Part shown: positions 35,247 through 46,834 of the stretch, piece by piece
Numbering within the stretch: the first letter of the stretch is position 1
Layout of the letters: each line of letters opens with the position of its first letter
Assembly: GCA_964187785.1 (NCBI GenBank)
Contig: OZ076416.1
Location: 21,080,001-21,144,000 of the forward strand
Source: Amphiscolops sp. MND2022
Taxonomy: Eukaryota
Direction: 5' to 3'
DNA: 64,000 nucleotides
Program-made: the position numbers and the translations under genes
Notes under the pieces: generated by a model
The model's input: only the letters and a program-made list of their open reading frames with translations
What the model was told of the DNA's origin: nothing
The model's database searches: none

Positions 35247-36910
35247 TGAAACACAAAATTGAAATATACACAAAATTGAAACTTGGGCCGCCTACTTTGA
35301 ACAGCTACTCAACAGACCAGCAGCCAAAGATGTGAAACCCAACCCGGACCCTGCTCAGCCTCTAGCCAATGTAGACGACCAACCCCCTTCCATTGAAGAA
35401 ATAACACGAGCTATTGCAAACCTGAAAGGTAACAAAGCACCCGGCACAGATATGCTTCCACACGAACTTTTCAAAGCCGGTGTCGATCAACTGTCACCCC
35501 ACCTGTTCCAACTCCTCCGCTTAGTGTGGGCCCAGGAAGCCATCCCTATTGAATGGAAAATCGGGATAATAGTTCCGGTCTACAAAAAGGGAGACAAAGT
35601 GAAGTGCTGCAACTACAGGGGAATCTCTTTGCTCAATATCGCGTTCAAGGTTTTAGAGGCGATACTAAAGAAACGCATTGAGCCAGCCTACACCCCACAT
35701 GCCAGAAAGAACCAAGCCGGCTTCAAGCGCGGAGTAGGCTGCAGAGACCAAATCTTCTCCTTGCGCCAGCTGCTAGAACAACGCTATCAGTTCCAGCGGC
35801 CCACCACTGTTGCTTTCATAGACTTTAAAGCCGCGTTTGACAGTGCCAGGCGCCAAAGCATCTGGAATATCCTGGAGAGCCTTGGATTAAGCCCAAAACT
35901 TGTCACAACTCTGAAAGCCATGTACAACGACAGCTCGAGTGCAGTCCGCGTTTATGACTCCATCTCGAGGGCATTCGTCATAAATTCCGGAGTACGACAA
36001 GGCTCCATCCTTGCTCCCTTCCTTTTCAGCCTGCTCATTGACCACATAATGCTCACAGCCCTCTCATCTGGCAACTATGGGTTAGCACTCGACGACATGA
36101 CTATCCCCGACTTAGACTTTGCCGATGACATCGCGCTCCTAGACGACAACATACAGGACATGCAAGGCCTACTGGATGCTGTTGTGTTAGTCAGCCAACA
36201 CAGTGGTCTCCTCATCAACACGAGCAAAACTGAATACATGACATCAGTGGCCAATCCAGTCTTGCAATGCAATGGGGAAATCTTGAACCAGACGGATAAA
36301 TTCACGTATCTCGGCAGTTCCATCCAGTTAGACGGCAACATTGAGCACGAGATCAGACTGAGAATAGGCCGTGCAAACAAGGGCTTCCACATGCTCAACC
36401 CCGTCTGGAGAACCAAATCCCTGCCGAGAAAAATTAAACTGAAGGTATATCAACCTTCTTTATTCTTGCGAAACCTGGCCCCTGAAAAAGTCAGATTTAT
36501 CCTCTCTCACCAGCTTTGACCTCCGTTGCAGGAAGCGGATACAGGGTCCCGCTGCACCATCAAGCGACATTCCAAACATCATCCGCAAGCGCCGCCTTAA
36601 GTGGCTGGGACATGTCTTGCGAATGGAGGAGTCTGATATCCCAAATGCTGCCCTGGAGTTCACCAAAGGAGACGCCTGGAAGCGCCCTCCGGGGGGCATG
36701 AGAATGACGTGGAGAAAGCTGGCCCAAGACGACCTCAAACCCTACCTCAAGCCCCCCAACATGAGCCAATCCAACTGGAACGCTGACTGGTTCGACATCG
36801 CCAAGGAAACGGCTGCCAACAGGCCAAGATGGAGGGGCCTTGTTCGTGACATTGTGGCGGGCAATGATCAACGCTAATCGAAAAAGCCCTGATGGATGGA
36901 TACACAATTC
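35247..36910 (+). mobile_element. 5'-truncated RTE-clade LINE
   Basis: RT ORF, short GATG-repeat tail, and an 11-bp direct repeat ATACACAATTC at 35236-35246 and 36900-36910 (candidate TSD). Confidence 0.88.
35332..36877 (+). pseudogene. non-LTR reverse transcriptase (ORF2 C-terminal part), frameshifted near 36460
   Basis: KAPGTD, YKKGD, NYRGISLL, QAGF, FIDFKAAFDS, GVRQG, FADD, YLGS; tail RPPGGMRMTW...W. Confidence 0.92.
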
Positions 36911-37200
36911 GATAAAAATTTCAATAAATGTAATAGGCTCTATAGTGGAAACAATAACAATTTTTGAAGCTCGCTGTCTTTTGTCGTCTGCTGTATATAT
37001 TTTTTAAAGCCTATTTTCCAACCAATCGTCCCCGGAAAAAAGAACCAGTTACTACTTTCAAGTTCTAATATTGCATGCACAGGGAAGAATTATCATTGAT
37101 AAAAATTCACAAATTTGGTCTCGGGTTGTGTGCTAGCAGTAACTGAACATGCATGCTTGTTTGTCGAACATTATCATCCGCATCAGATTTTTTTCTCTGG

Positions 37201-38346
37201 TTACTCTCTCATCAACTTTAGGTATCTCGACACGAAGGCGTTGCGGAACTTGGCTCCACGTAGGTAGAAGAACAACGTGAAGCAGTTGTTGGTTATAAAA
37301 ACGAAACGAGCGAGTTCGTCGATGAGGGCTTTTATCTCTGTGTTCAGAAAAGATCCAAACTCGCGATTTAACACGAAGAGCGCCGTGCCAGTTAACGTCG
37401 TTGCGAAGTACAACATACAGATGTAGAGAACGGTTTTCACAGCAGTCAAGTCATCTTCAGAAAGATTTTTCTTCATTTGTACCTTGACAAGTTTTGGATC
37501 GAACGTTTGTTATAAACATAAATCTCAATAAGAGACTTGACAAGGCTTCAACAACCATTTCGTACTTCTTCAAAAAAGAAAGAAATTGATTTTTTCGTTT
37601 CTGCGGATTTTCTCATTTGAAAGTATTTATTTTAAACTCAGTTTTGCTCTAAAAAGAGCTGAAGAGCCAGTTTTCCATTAACGTCATTTTCAGACCAGAA
37701 CTAAAAAATGAGCACTAAATGCTCTATTAATTTATAAAGGATTTGCAAAAAATTGTAAGAAAATTATTCCTTGAATACCTTTTTTTACATCTTTCCTTTT
37801 CACATTTTTTATATTTGCTGAGCAGAATTCATTTTGAACAGAATAGCTAGAAAATAACTCGATCAAAGACTGAGTTGGCAGTAGCAGCAACAGTGTTGGT
37901 TGAATCCACGTTTCCCAACTTCCCATAATTCCCATCAATTGATGTTTCTTCAACTTGAGTGTCTGCAGTCGTTCTAACTGGATGCACGTTTTGGTGTTCC
38001 ATAGGAATACCTGAGTTTTCTTGGCGCTTACGAAGTTTTGAATTGCGATGTTGATACAGCTGGAAAATGAATGTAACACAGGATGTAAACAATAAAACGA
38101 AATGTGTTCCAGCGAAGAAGAAAACACTGAATACGATACGGTAGGTGGTTAAATACCAGTTGTTTCTAGTCACACAAACGTCGTTTTCAATTTGCAGGGC
38201 AAAAAATGCTGGGATTGTTGTTATTGAATAGAATATTGTCATTGTGCATGATATCTTGGGATTCAATTTGTTCCAATTTTTGGCACGATGCCAAATAGGG
38301 TATGTTATGATAAGCGATCTGTCGACCGTCAGAGTTGTGAAATTAT
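37201..38346 (-). CDS. class A (rhodopsin-like) GPCR, TM3-TM7 portion of a host gene
   Basis: LTVDRSLIITYPIWHR (TM3/ICL2), hydrophobic TM4-TM5, long ICL3, TM6 AVKTVLYICMLYF, TM7 NNCFTLFFYLRGAKFRNAF. Acceptor TTCGTCCAG at 38347; TM1-2 not found in the window. Confidence 0.72.
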
Positions 38347-38504
38347 CTGGACGAAAAACTGTCACACTATCAGATTTTTAATCAGATAGAAGCAACCTTC
38401 CAACTTCAAGTAAACAGTCAAAGGTTATTTTCTCATTTTGGGTTTTAAAAATCATCCCAGTTGAGTCGCGTTTCGAGACTTGCTATGCTATGTTGCAATG
38501 TTAT

Positions 38505-39005
38505 CAGAGATGCAAGTGGGTCACTTATGTTCGACACATGACTCATGCGACCCATCGGGGCTCTGACCCATGACCCACTTGACCCATCGGAGTTCTGACC
38601 AATGACCCATAACTTGATTCAAAAATGTGTTACTAGGAAAGTTAAATTTTAAAGCAAATGATCTTTCTAACTTTCCAAATTTACAGAAATAGCTTCAACA
38701 ACATTTGGCGAAAGTCGATTTCTCAGTGGTGTGATAATCTGACGTGCGTTGAAGGCATATAATGGCCATTTTTGAGAGTTTTGGCAGAGTTTTTTTGTTT
38801 TTTGACACCCTATGAAGAGGATCCAAAATGCTTGCACCATGTTCTTGTGCTTATTTCTTGTAGGATGCAAATGACTGCCCGGTAAACGTTGACCCATCTT
38901 GACCCATCATATTTTTGCCCCTGACCCATGACCCACCTTACCCACGAGAAAAAGCGACCCATTTTACCCATTGACCCACTGACCCATGACCCACTTGCAT
39001 CTCTG
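38505..39005 (-). mobile_element. non-autonomous hAT transposon (501 bp)
   Basis: Perfect 19-bp TIR CAGAGATGCAAGTGGGTCA; perfect 8-bp TSD AATGTTAT (38497-38504, 39006-39013); GACCCAT subterminal repeats; hAT dimerisation remnant IITPLRNRLSPNVVEAI. Confidence 0.96.
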
Positions 39006-39439
39006 AATGTTATATCCACAAGCTAGGAGAGTTCAATCACAAAAGAAGTTAGATCGATTGCATGTTTGTTTGTGGACGCTTCGAGACATAGTCAGGAATT
39101 TTGATCTAGCAAAAACGTCCCAAATGACTCCAAAACTGAAACAACCTGCTAATCAGTACATTTTTTTTCAAATGAGGAACCTGAAGATTTTTGCTAAGAA
39201 AACGATTCAAAAAAGGTTAACAAAAAATCAGAACTGTTTCATTTCCTTTCATTTGGGATGTTTCAGTAAGGTATAACAATGTCAAATAAAGGTAAATGTT
39301 TGAACATTTTTACGTGAAAGCTGCTAGCAAAAAAGCCTTATAAGCTACAACAATTTTCAAATTGTTTTTGTTCTTGACGATTTTGAGGCTTTTTGAAAAT
39401 TTTCTGACTGTTTCAACAGCTTAATGTATTCACAGAGTT

Positions 39440-41255
39440 CCACGACGAAACCATGATTATATCAATCGGTTACGACTATTTACCGCAGTAGTTTTAGGGT
39501 GGTCGCACCAGTTTTAGATTTTACAGCCGTAGATGTTACTGTCGGCGGAACGTTTTCGAATTCAGAATCAGATTCTTCGGGAACAGTCAGAGTAGTTTGT
39601 TTTTGTTTTGTTTTAGCAACAGGTGCCATTAATTTGATATTTTTTTGGTTTCCAGTCAAGATTTTTGTAAGGTCAGATAGAATGTCTTTCCTAAGCGTAG
39701 ATTTTACTTCCTCTAAGTTCTCAGTTTGAACCTTTGGTGATTTGCTCGTTCCAACTACGTGATTTTCACTCTAATTATTTCCACTCAAAGGAGTCTCTTG
39801 GTCAACAGAAACCAATTCATCTACAGCTTTCCTTTTCTGGCTTCTGGTAGTCATTTTAGAAAGAGAGAAAGAGAGTTCTTTGGAAATTTTTGAAATTTTC
39901 AAAGAAAATGTTTTGTTTTTTAACAGAGCGTTTTCGTAACAGCCGAAGATTGTTTGAAATTTTACAAGAGCTCCAAATATATATACCTTCTCAGCATCAT
40001 TTGTTTCTCACCTAAAACTCCTAGAAATCCCAAATATCGGTTTTGTTCACAAAAATTGAATAATCATCCTTATTGTTTCAGTCCTTCGATCATTAGTTCA
40101 TTATTCAAAAATCCTAGTTAGGGAGCTCCTGTTGAAATCATCTTCGTTCAACAATCCCATTTCCGGTTTATTCAAAGGAGTGGCGGCCAAAATAAAAGTC
40201 TAGTTGAAATTCTACCGAAGAAAGTATTCTGGCGTGAACAATGATTCAGCGCATAGATAATAAGAAATCAACTTTCGTGGCAAAAAAGTGACAAGCAGAA
40301 AATGATTCTGATAATTTTTTGGAAAATTCTAACCTAACCTACTTAAAAAATTGAGCTCAATTGTGGAAGGAACAAATGATGCTGGAAAGAAAGACTGCAA
40401 AACAAAATTGAGCTTACATATTCTACAACATTGTAATACTCTACACAAACTTGACTTGTTCAAGAACTGCTATATATAGACTTGGTTGACTCTTGCCAAT
40501 CAATTGGTAAAAAAGAGTGTAGGAATAGAGAAGTCACCTTTTCAGTATCACAACCATTCACAAGGACAACTGTTCTTCTTGTCCTAACCTTCAGCACGGT
40601 TTTCCAAATCATTCCCAACAAGACGGAAAGCAGCGGAGCCGAGTGATCCTGATGCTGTTTTTTTGGATTATCACGTAACGATCCGGTGTGTATTAGGCTT
40701 AGATGTAGCAGACTAAACTGGCCTCGATTTTTAATTCGCTTCGTAGCTGCTCAGTATGTAATAAGAATGGTCATAATTGAATGGCTGTAGGCGGAGATGT
40801 AGCGGGGCGCGTAGGCGTTCCTTTTTTTCTTTCAGTTAATTGGTGTTGCTATGGTATTATTCTTATTGAACGAAGCGCGCGTCCTAGTTTATTTGAGCTC
40901 AACTAAATCGGCCAAGGAACGACGTTATTGGTCCGAATAATAAGATAAGGCAACACATCAATCTCGGTCTAAACAGCGTCCATTACGTTGTTAGTATTTA
41001 TTTAGATTACGTACTTGTTCTCTCGAAAGATTTTGACAGCTACTTCAACCACTGTTGTGCCATTTCTATTGTGTTTTTGTATTTCCCGTTTTAGATTTGA
41101 AAATGTTATCTGTTGGGATCACGGATTCAAATATCGATCTCCGTTTTGTTTTCCATGGTGGAAAAGATTTAATTTCTTGTGTTTTCTTTTAAGTGTTTGG
41201 GTAGATACGAAAACTGTGCGGGCTGAAACCGGAAATAAATTATCTAGGCGTGAAA
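39440..41255 (-). repeat. Gypsy LTR-like segment plus leader and gag start, copy 1 (truncated)
   Basis: Colinear with 56520-58285 throughout, with many substitutions and indels; PBS-like TGGCCGCCACT at ~40190. Confidence 0.8.
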
Positions 41256-41303
41256 TGATAGACCGGAACCTTTTTGGCTTGTCAGAAATCGTTTTTGAAA
41301 ACT

Positions 41304-42129
41304 TTACGTAACGGTCACGTTTACTGCAAAAACCTTCCGCCTTATCACCTTGTCGTGTTGTAGCTTAAGAAGAACAAGGTAAGACATTTTACTTTTATAA
41401 GTTGAATTTCCAATGGCCAAGTCCATTGTTGACTTTGTAATTGCCCTCACAGCAAGCAAAACACCGACCGGGAGCGGGTCGTGACAGGGCGCCTCAGTCT
41501 CTTGATGCCGGTACTCAAGTGCAATGAGGGATTTCGCGGACAACACGTACAGGCTGTTTTCTCATTCTCTGTATTGTTGTTGAGGTGAAGGAATTCCCTC
41601 GTTCGGCTGAGCAGTAGAATTCCTTGTCGTCTAGTTTGATGCCATGATGTTCTTCGTTTTCCTCGACAGTTGGCTCGCTTAAGTCGTCCAGTTTCTCTGT
41701 TTTCGTAGGAGGGACGTATTCTTGCCTCTTCTCGTTACTTATGTCTTTAAGTACTGGAGCAGGCAATAGCTCGGGCTTGTCCCGGGATGAATCCGGTTCC
41801 TCAAAGTAGTCGTCGGAGTCACTATCTTTTTGCCTCTTGACATTAAAAGCTTCTTATCGGGCGGAATTGAACGTGGATGTATAGTCTTGGTTCGATTCTA
41901 ATTCAACTTCGCTGCCCCTCCACATTTCTACAGATGAGTCGCTGCGATTTAGTCTCCCCACCATGTTTACAGGTAGCGTTTTTTTGGTGGTGCTGTACCT
42001 GTTGTTTTCTTCATCCGAGGACATGTCGATAACAAATGCATAGTTGTCCACTTCAGGTAGAATTTGTTCTAAAACTTCTGTTGAAGTTTTCATTATGAGT
42101 AAACTGCTTTTTCGCTTGTTGAACGGCAA
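41304..42129 (-). pseudogene. hypothetical acidic protein, interrupted ORF chain
   Basis: Co-oriented ORFs 41854-42129, 41515-41766 and 41304-41546; no family recognised. Confidence 0.4.
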
Positions 42130-42620
42130 ATGGAGAGGTCAACTTTCCTCCGTTCGTAATTTTCACTGAAATTCAATTGGTCGCTTTTCCTTCCTCCGTT
42201 CCGGTCCGACTTGAGTTCGGAAAGCGTTTTGCTTCCATCTGCGCTGTGATTGGCTGGACCGAGAAGGAAAGTCTTCTGAATTTTTTTAACTTCGTCATAG
42301 CGTCATACATTTGTTTCCGAAAGGGCAACGCTCGTGTGACGTCATAGGTTTAAAGATGGCTTGTCTTCTTTTTTAGGACTTCTAATTAATTTGATTCACC
42401 TTTGAATTTTGAAAGCGATAAGTCCCGTCAACGCCGAATATGACTTGTGTGAAATTGGATGATGTATTTTCCCTTTTAGTAGTAGTAGTAATTAGGTGGT
42501 ATTAAAGTTTTGTGCCATTATTCTTCCGGAGTAGTCTCGTTGTTCTGCTTTCCGTTACATCTCTGGTTGTTCTTTCTTGTTTCAGATTGATTTGAAGATT
42601 TACTCCGTTGATTTCCTGAG

Positions 42621-45600
42621 ATGGAAAATGAAGATGAACTTCCTGCTCACCCCGTTGCCGGATTCCTTAGTGGTAATGATACCAACTACACATATTCGGA
42701 CGATGATGTTGTGAGATCAGAAGGAGAAAACATGTGTTTTGTTCCAGGTTGGTAAAATCTTTCTGGCTTAAATGGTTAATTGGAGTGTTGTTTTTGTGAT
42801 CAGCTTTTTCAGTCTTACCCGATTACCTGACGCTCCCGAGGTTGCCACGGCTGAAACCTCTTTTGGGGCTGAAAGGGAATTTCCAGTCACTTGCACTGTT
42901 CTCCCGCCAGTATCGTCTGTGTTGTCTTCTGCTCCCTTACTCACCGTTAACGAGATGTTAACGTCTGTGCTCCCGAGGGCTTCTGATCTTGAGCCTTCAG
43001 TCTCTAATGTTGCAGCTGATTCCGCTGCTGTTCCGGAGGGCACTGTTGTCGGAGTTAGCTTGCTTGGACTTCTCGAGACGGTGACAGGTGCTCAGCGACG
43101 ACTTGATACTAGCGAGGAGTCTCACGATGGTGAGGCTAATCCCCCCACAGAGACGAAAGGTTACTCTATAGTTTTCGATATTTTGATTTTGCGGGCTTGT
43201 ATTGTATTATAGTCGTGGTTTTAAGTAGCATGTGGTGTGTTAGCAGGTTTGAAGGCGAGTGTCCCAACCCTCAGAATGTGACATTGTTGGGTCAGCAGCT
43301 CATAGAGGAGGTGGGAAACCAAGCCTCGCAGACCATCCAAATCGGTATGTATAAAGTTCGTGTGTTTCCTTATTTGTTGACTGTGGCTTCGTGTCATTGT
43401 TGAATGCTTTTCCTGTTCCGCGTGGGCCTTTTCCATCATTTAATCATTTAGCACTCGTGAGGTTTACGTATGGTGTTGTCGGTTTCCAAAATCTTGCTGT
43501 TATGGTGGAAGAGCGACTTAGAGCTGCAAAGAAAGTAAATGAGTACAATAGTCGGAACTTGTTGCGCCGTGATATGCTGTCTTTGAACACTGCTTTCGAA
43601 GTTTTTGTGTCGGGCGCAAAGTGTGCATTACGATACACGTACCGGTAAGCTGCCTTTAGTCAAGCAGCGTAATCTGAGTAAAATGGTAAAATGGTCATTC
43701 AGCGTAAGTTAGTCAAGACGGTCTATGCTTCAACGGTGTAGCAAAATCAACGCGCGTAATGGAAAATTGTGTAAGTTAGTCAAAACACGTAATTAGAAAA
43801 AAGCGGAAGTTAGTCCAAAAATACTCTTTTTCGTAAGTCAGTCAAAACGTTGACTAACTTCCACTTTTTGCAAATTGAGGGACTCCTATACTTCCGAAAA
43901 GTGGAATGTGGTCAAAGTTTTGACTAACTTACACCATGTTTATATGCATTCAAAACTCAGTGTTCATTTTAATTCTAATTCATACCACAGCATCATAAAC
44001 CAGTCAAAGTAAACACACCAGTGGTTCTGGGAGGTATTTCTTCTGCTGGATTTGTCAGCGGGATTTTGACATGAAAGCGCATGGGTCTGGCGAGCTCGCT
44101 TGGCATTTTCGGTGCAACGGACATTGATTTAAAGACGTCACTTGTCGTGTGCATATGGGATTTCCTGTTTTGAATCAGTTGATGGAGCCCATGACATTGT
44201 CAGACAGTCAGATGGCCGATTACAAATCTAGGGTTTTCGTGGATTTAGCCGAAGGATATCCATTTCCAGAGGATCTTGTCCCTAAGCACGCTACCGTGTT
44301 GTCGCGAGTGCCATTCATGACACTCGTTTCCAGTTTTTGTGATCTCCAGAGTGGCGGTTTTCACTTTTACTCTGTTGCGACGATGTGGGGAGACTTTTGT
44401 TCGTCACTTGGGACACAGAAGCATAATTTCGCAATAAAATGGAGGCAGTCCGAGACCGTGGTTAGTTGCTTGTTATGTTTTTCTCCTACTTTTTTGTCAT
44501 GCTTGTTGTTCACCTGTATTCCCCATTGTCTCATGATCCCCAGTTGTTTCAGTCTTCCTTGTGTCAGGGGCTTGCTCCGCGGGTGCTGCGTTTGACATTA
44601 AAGAGCATAGTCAGTTTTAAGGAGTACTCGATTCGGTATGAAAAGACGAAGTCCGAGGAGCGATGCTATGTCCTGTGCTGGGAACGGGACTGTTTGAAAA
44701 AGGTCTGTGTTGGCTGTCAGTCACTGGATCTTCCGGTGCCGGATGCGAAGCTTGTGCCTCTGGCTCGGGTTGTCAATTGTCTCGGTTCACAGCAGTTGCC
44801 ACTGTCCGTCGTTGGTGGTAGTCCTTCTTTGCTCCGAGTTCAGGGGACTATCGTGGCAAGGATCGAGTGTTTTTGTTTGTACAGCGCTTCACCAAGGATG
44901 TTTTCGTACAGTGTTTCCGGCAAGCACACCAGGATATCTTCGGCATGCTGGAGGTAATGACAGCGGCCGCCGAGTACGTGATCTTGTGGCTGAAACGTGT
45001 TGTTCACGGTGGTTGGGTGGAGGACAAGCGTTGTTTGAAGAAGTGTATACGAGCTGACTTCGCCAACTTTGGTGATCTTCGCGCAGTGTTGACGGATCTC
45101 ATTGAACCGTGGTCATCCATTCGGCCTTACCTCCGGTACAATGACCATCCCCACCTCAAAGACGTCGTCGACATGGTGAGTATTTGGATGATATCATTGT
45201 TTATCTTATCTTGCGAGGCCTTTGCTGTTATGGTTTCTGATTGGTCGGCTTATTTCTTTTTGTTGTTTTAGCTAAAGGGTACTGACTTCGAGTTAATCTC
45301 GGATAAATTGATGGTATATCGGTTTGGGTTGCAATGATTGCAATGATTTATCTGTTGATTGAGATTCATTTGGGTGAACAGTTTTTGTTATCCTCATCGT
45401 AGTTTGATATCTTGTTGTTGTGTTAGCCAATGTTAAATTGGAGAAGCTGCAACAGGGTCGGTCAGATTACGGATTTCACAGCTACGGTGAACTTTGCAAC
45501 TTTATATATTGCTTGCTGTTAAAGATTCGCCGTAGCGCTGATTTGGCTGGTATGCATGAGTTGGAATCTTACATGGATTTGTCGACGCTGGATACCTTCG

Positions 45601-46682
45601 GAGCACTGCCGATCGATGCCGATCGAGCACTGCCGTGAAGTATGCGTTCGGGAGGGAGCTTGCCGCAGGAAAGACGAGTGAGATACGGGAACTGCGGGTG
45701 AAGTCCCTTGCTTTTCTTGATCACTTGGCAGTTGTGTTGCTCCGGAACTTGCTGTGACATCAAGATTATCTCAGGGCTGTACAGTTTTTGTCCTGGGTTC
45801 ATGCTGGTGAGCGACGACTGTACTGGTTTTGAAATGTTTTTGTCCTTATGTGAACTGTTAAAGTCCTGGGACGTAGTGAAGCATGTTGAAATGGAGGCTG
45901 CTGTGGAAGAATAGCACAGTTATATTGTTGAGAAATGGAGGCAGCATGAAGTTGGACACCGTTCGGCTAGTGACAATCAGGATGTTATCCGCTATCTTGT
46001 CCGGGACTTCAATTTTCAGGCACGAGATCATCTGTTTCGAGTGTTTAAACTCTGTTGTTTGGTCATTGGGGTGCCTGAGAGTGTTCCTCTTCCTGTGACC
46101 ATTGATTTGAGTGGCAGTGCGCTGAGTTTGGAAAGCTTCCGAGGATGTTTGCATCTGGTTCAATCATATGTGCTCAACTGGGGCTATTCGCATCAGATAT
46201 TCTTTATGGACAGTACGTTGGATGTGGTACGACAAGCTATTGCCAATGCTGGTTGTTTTTATGTGTCTCCCAACTTTGATCTGTGGCACGGAGTTTGCAG
46301 TAGGGATTTGAATGACTTTATTGCTCGACATTGATCCTTGTATCGCAGTTTTTTGTTGGAGCGTCGAAAATCAAGTAAAAGTTTTTACATTGGCGTTAAT
46401 AAAGCCAACTGCGAGGCACGCTTGAGACAGGGGTCAGTCGTCACTGAGACCAGTAGTGTTTCGAGTTCAGTCCTTAAGAGCAAAAAGTCAGGAGAGACTC
46501 AAGGACAACCCGTGTTCAAAAAAACTACTGCCGGTGGTTCCAAGCCAAGGAAGAAGGTTGTTAGGACGGATGTGTCTGTGGTGAAAGAGAGTGGCAGTAC
46601 TAGTGGGTCAAAAAAGTCAAAGAAGAGCAAAGGAAAAGGAGATGAAGATCATGAAGAGTATCACAAATTGAAAAAGCAGTAG
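42621..46682 (+). pseudogene. spliced BED-finger / hAT-transposase-like gene, copy 1 (antisense to Gypsy pol)
   Basis: ATG MENEDELPAHP at 42621; GT-AG introns (donors near 42748, 43345, 43645, 45175); finger FFCWICQRDFDMKAHGSGELAWHFRCNGH (~44040-44120); LIEPWSSIRPYL; HLFRVFKLCCL; Lys/Ser-rich tail; internal stops. Confidence 0.65.
43655..43935. repeat. small foldback repeat in an intron
   Basis: AAGTTAGTCAA-type motif about four times forward, then TTGACTAACTT twice in reverse. Confidence 0.5.
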
Positions 46683-46834
46683 TCCGCTTGATTTGTTCTT
46701 TGGTAAATATTCGTTTTGATCTTTTGATTTTGGATGACAGTTTTTCTAATTTTTGAATTCTTTGAAGTTTGAGCCATTTTTGTTATCATTTGTTTTCATG
46801 TAGTTTTAGAGGAGAGAAAAAACTAACGTAGCCA

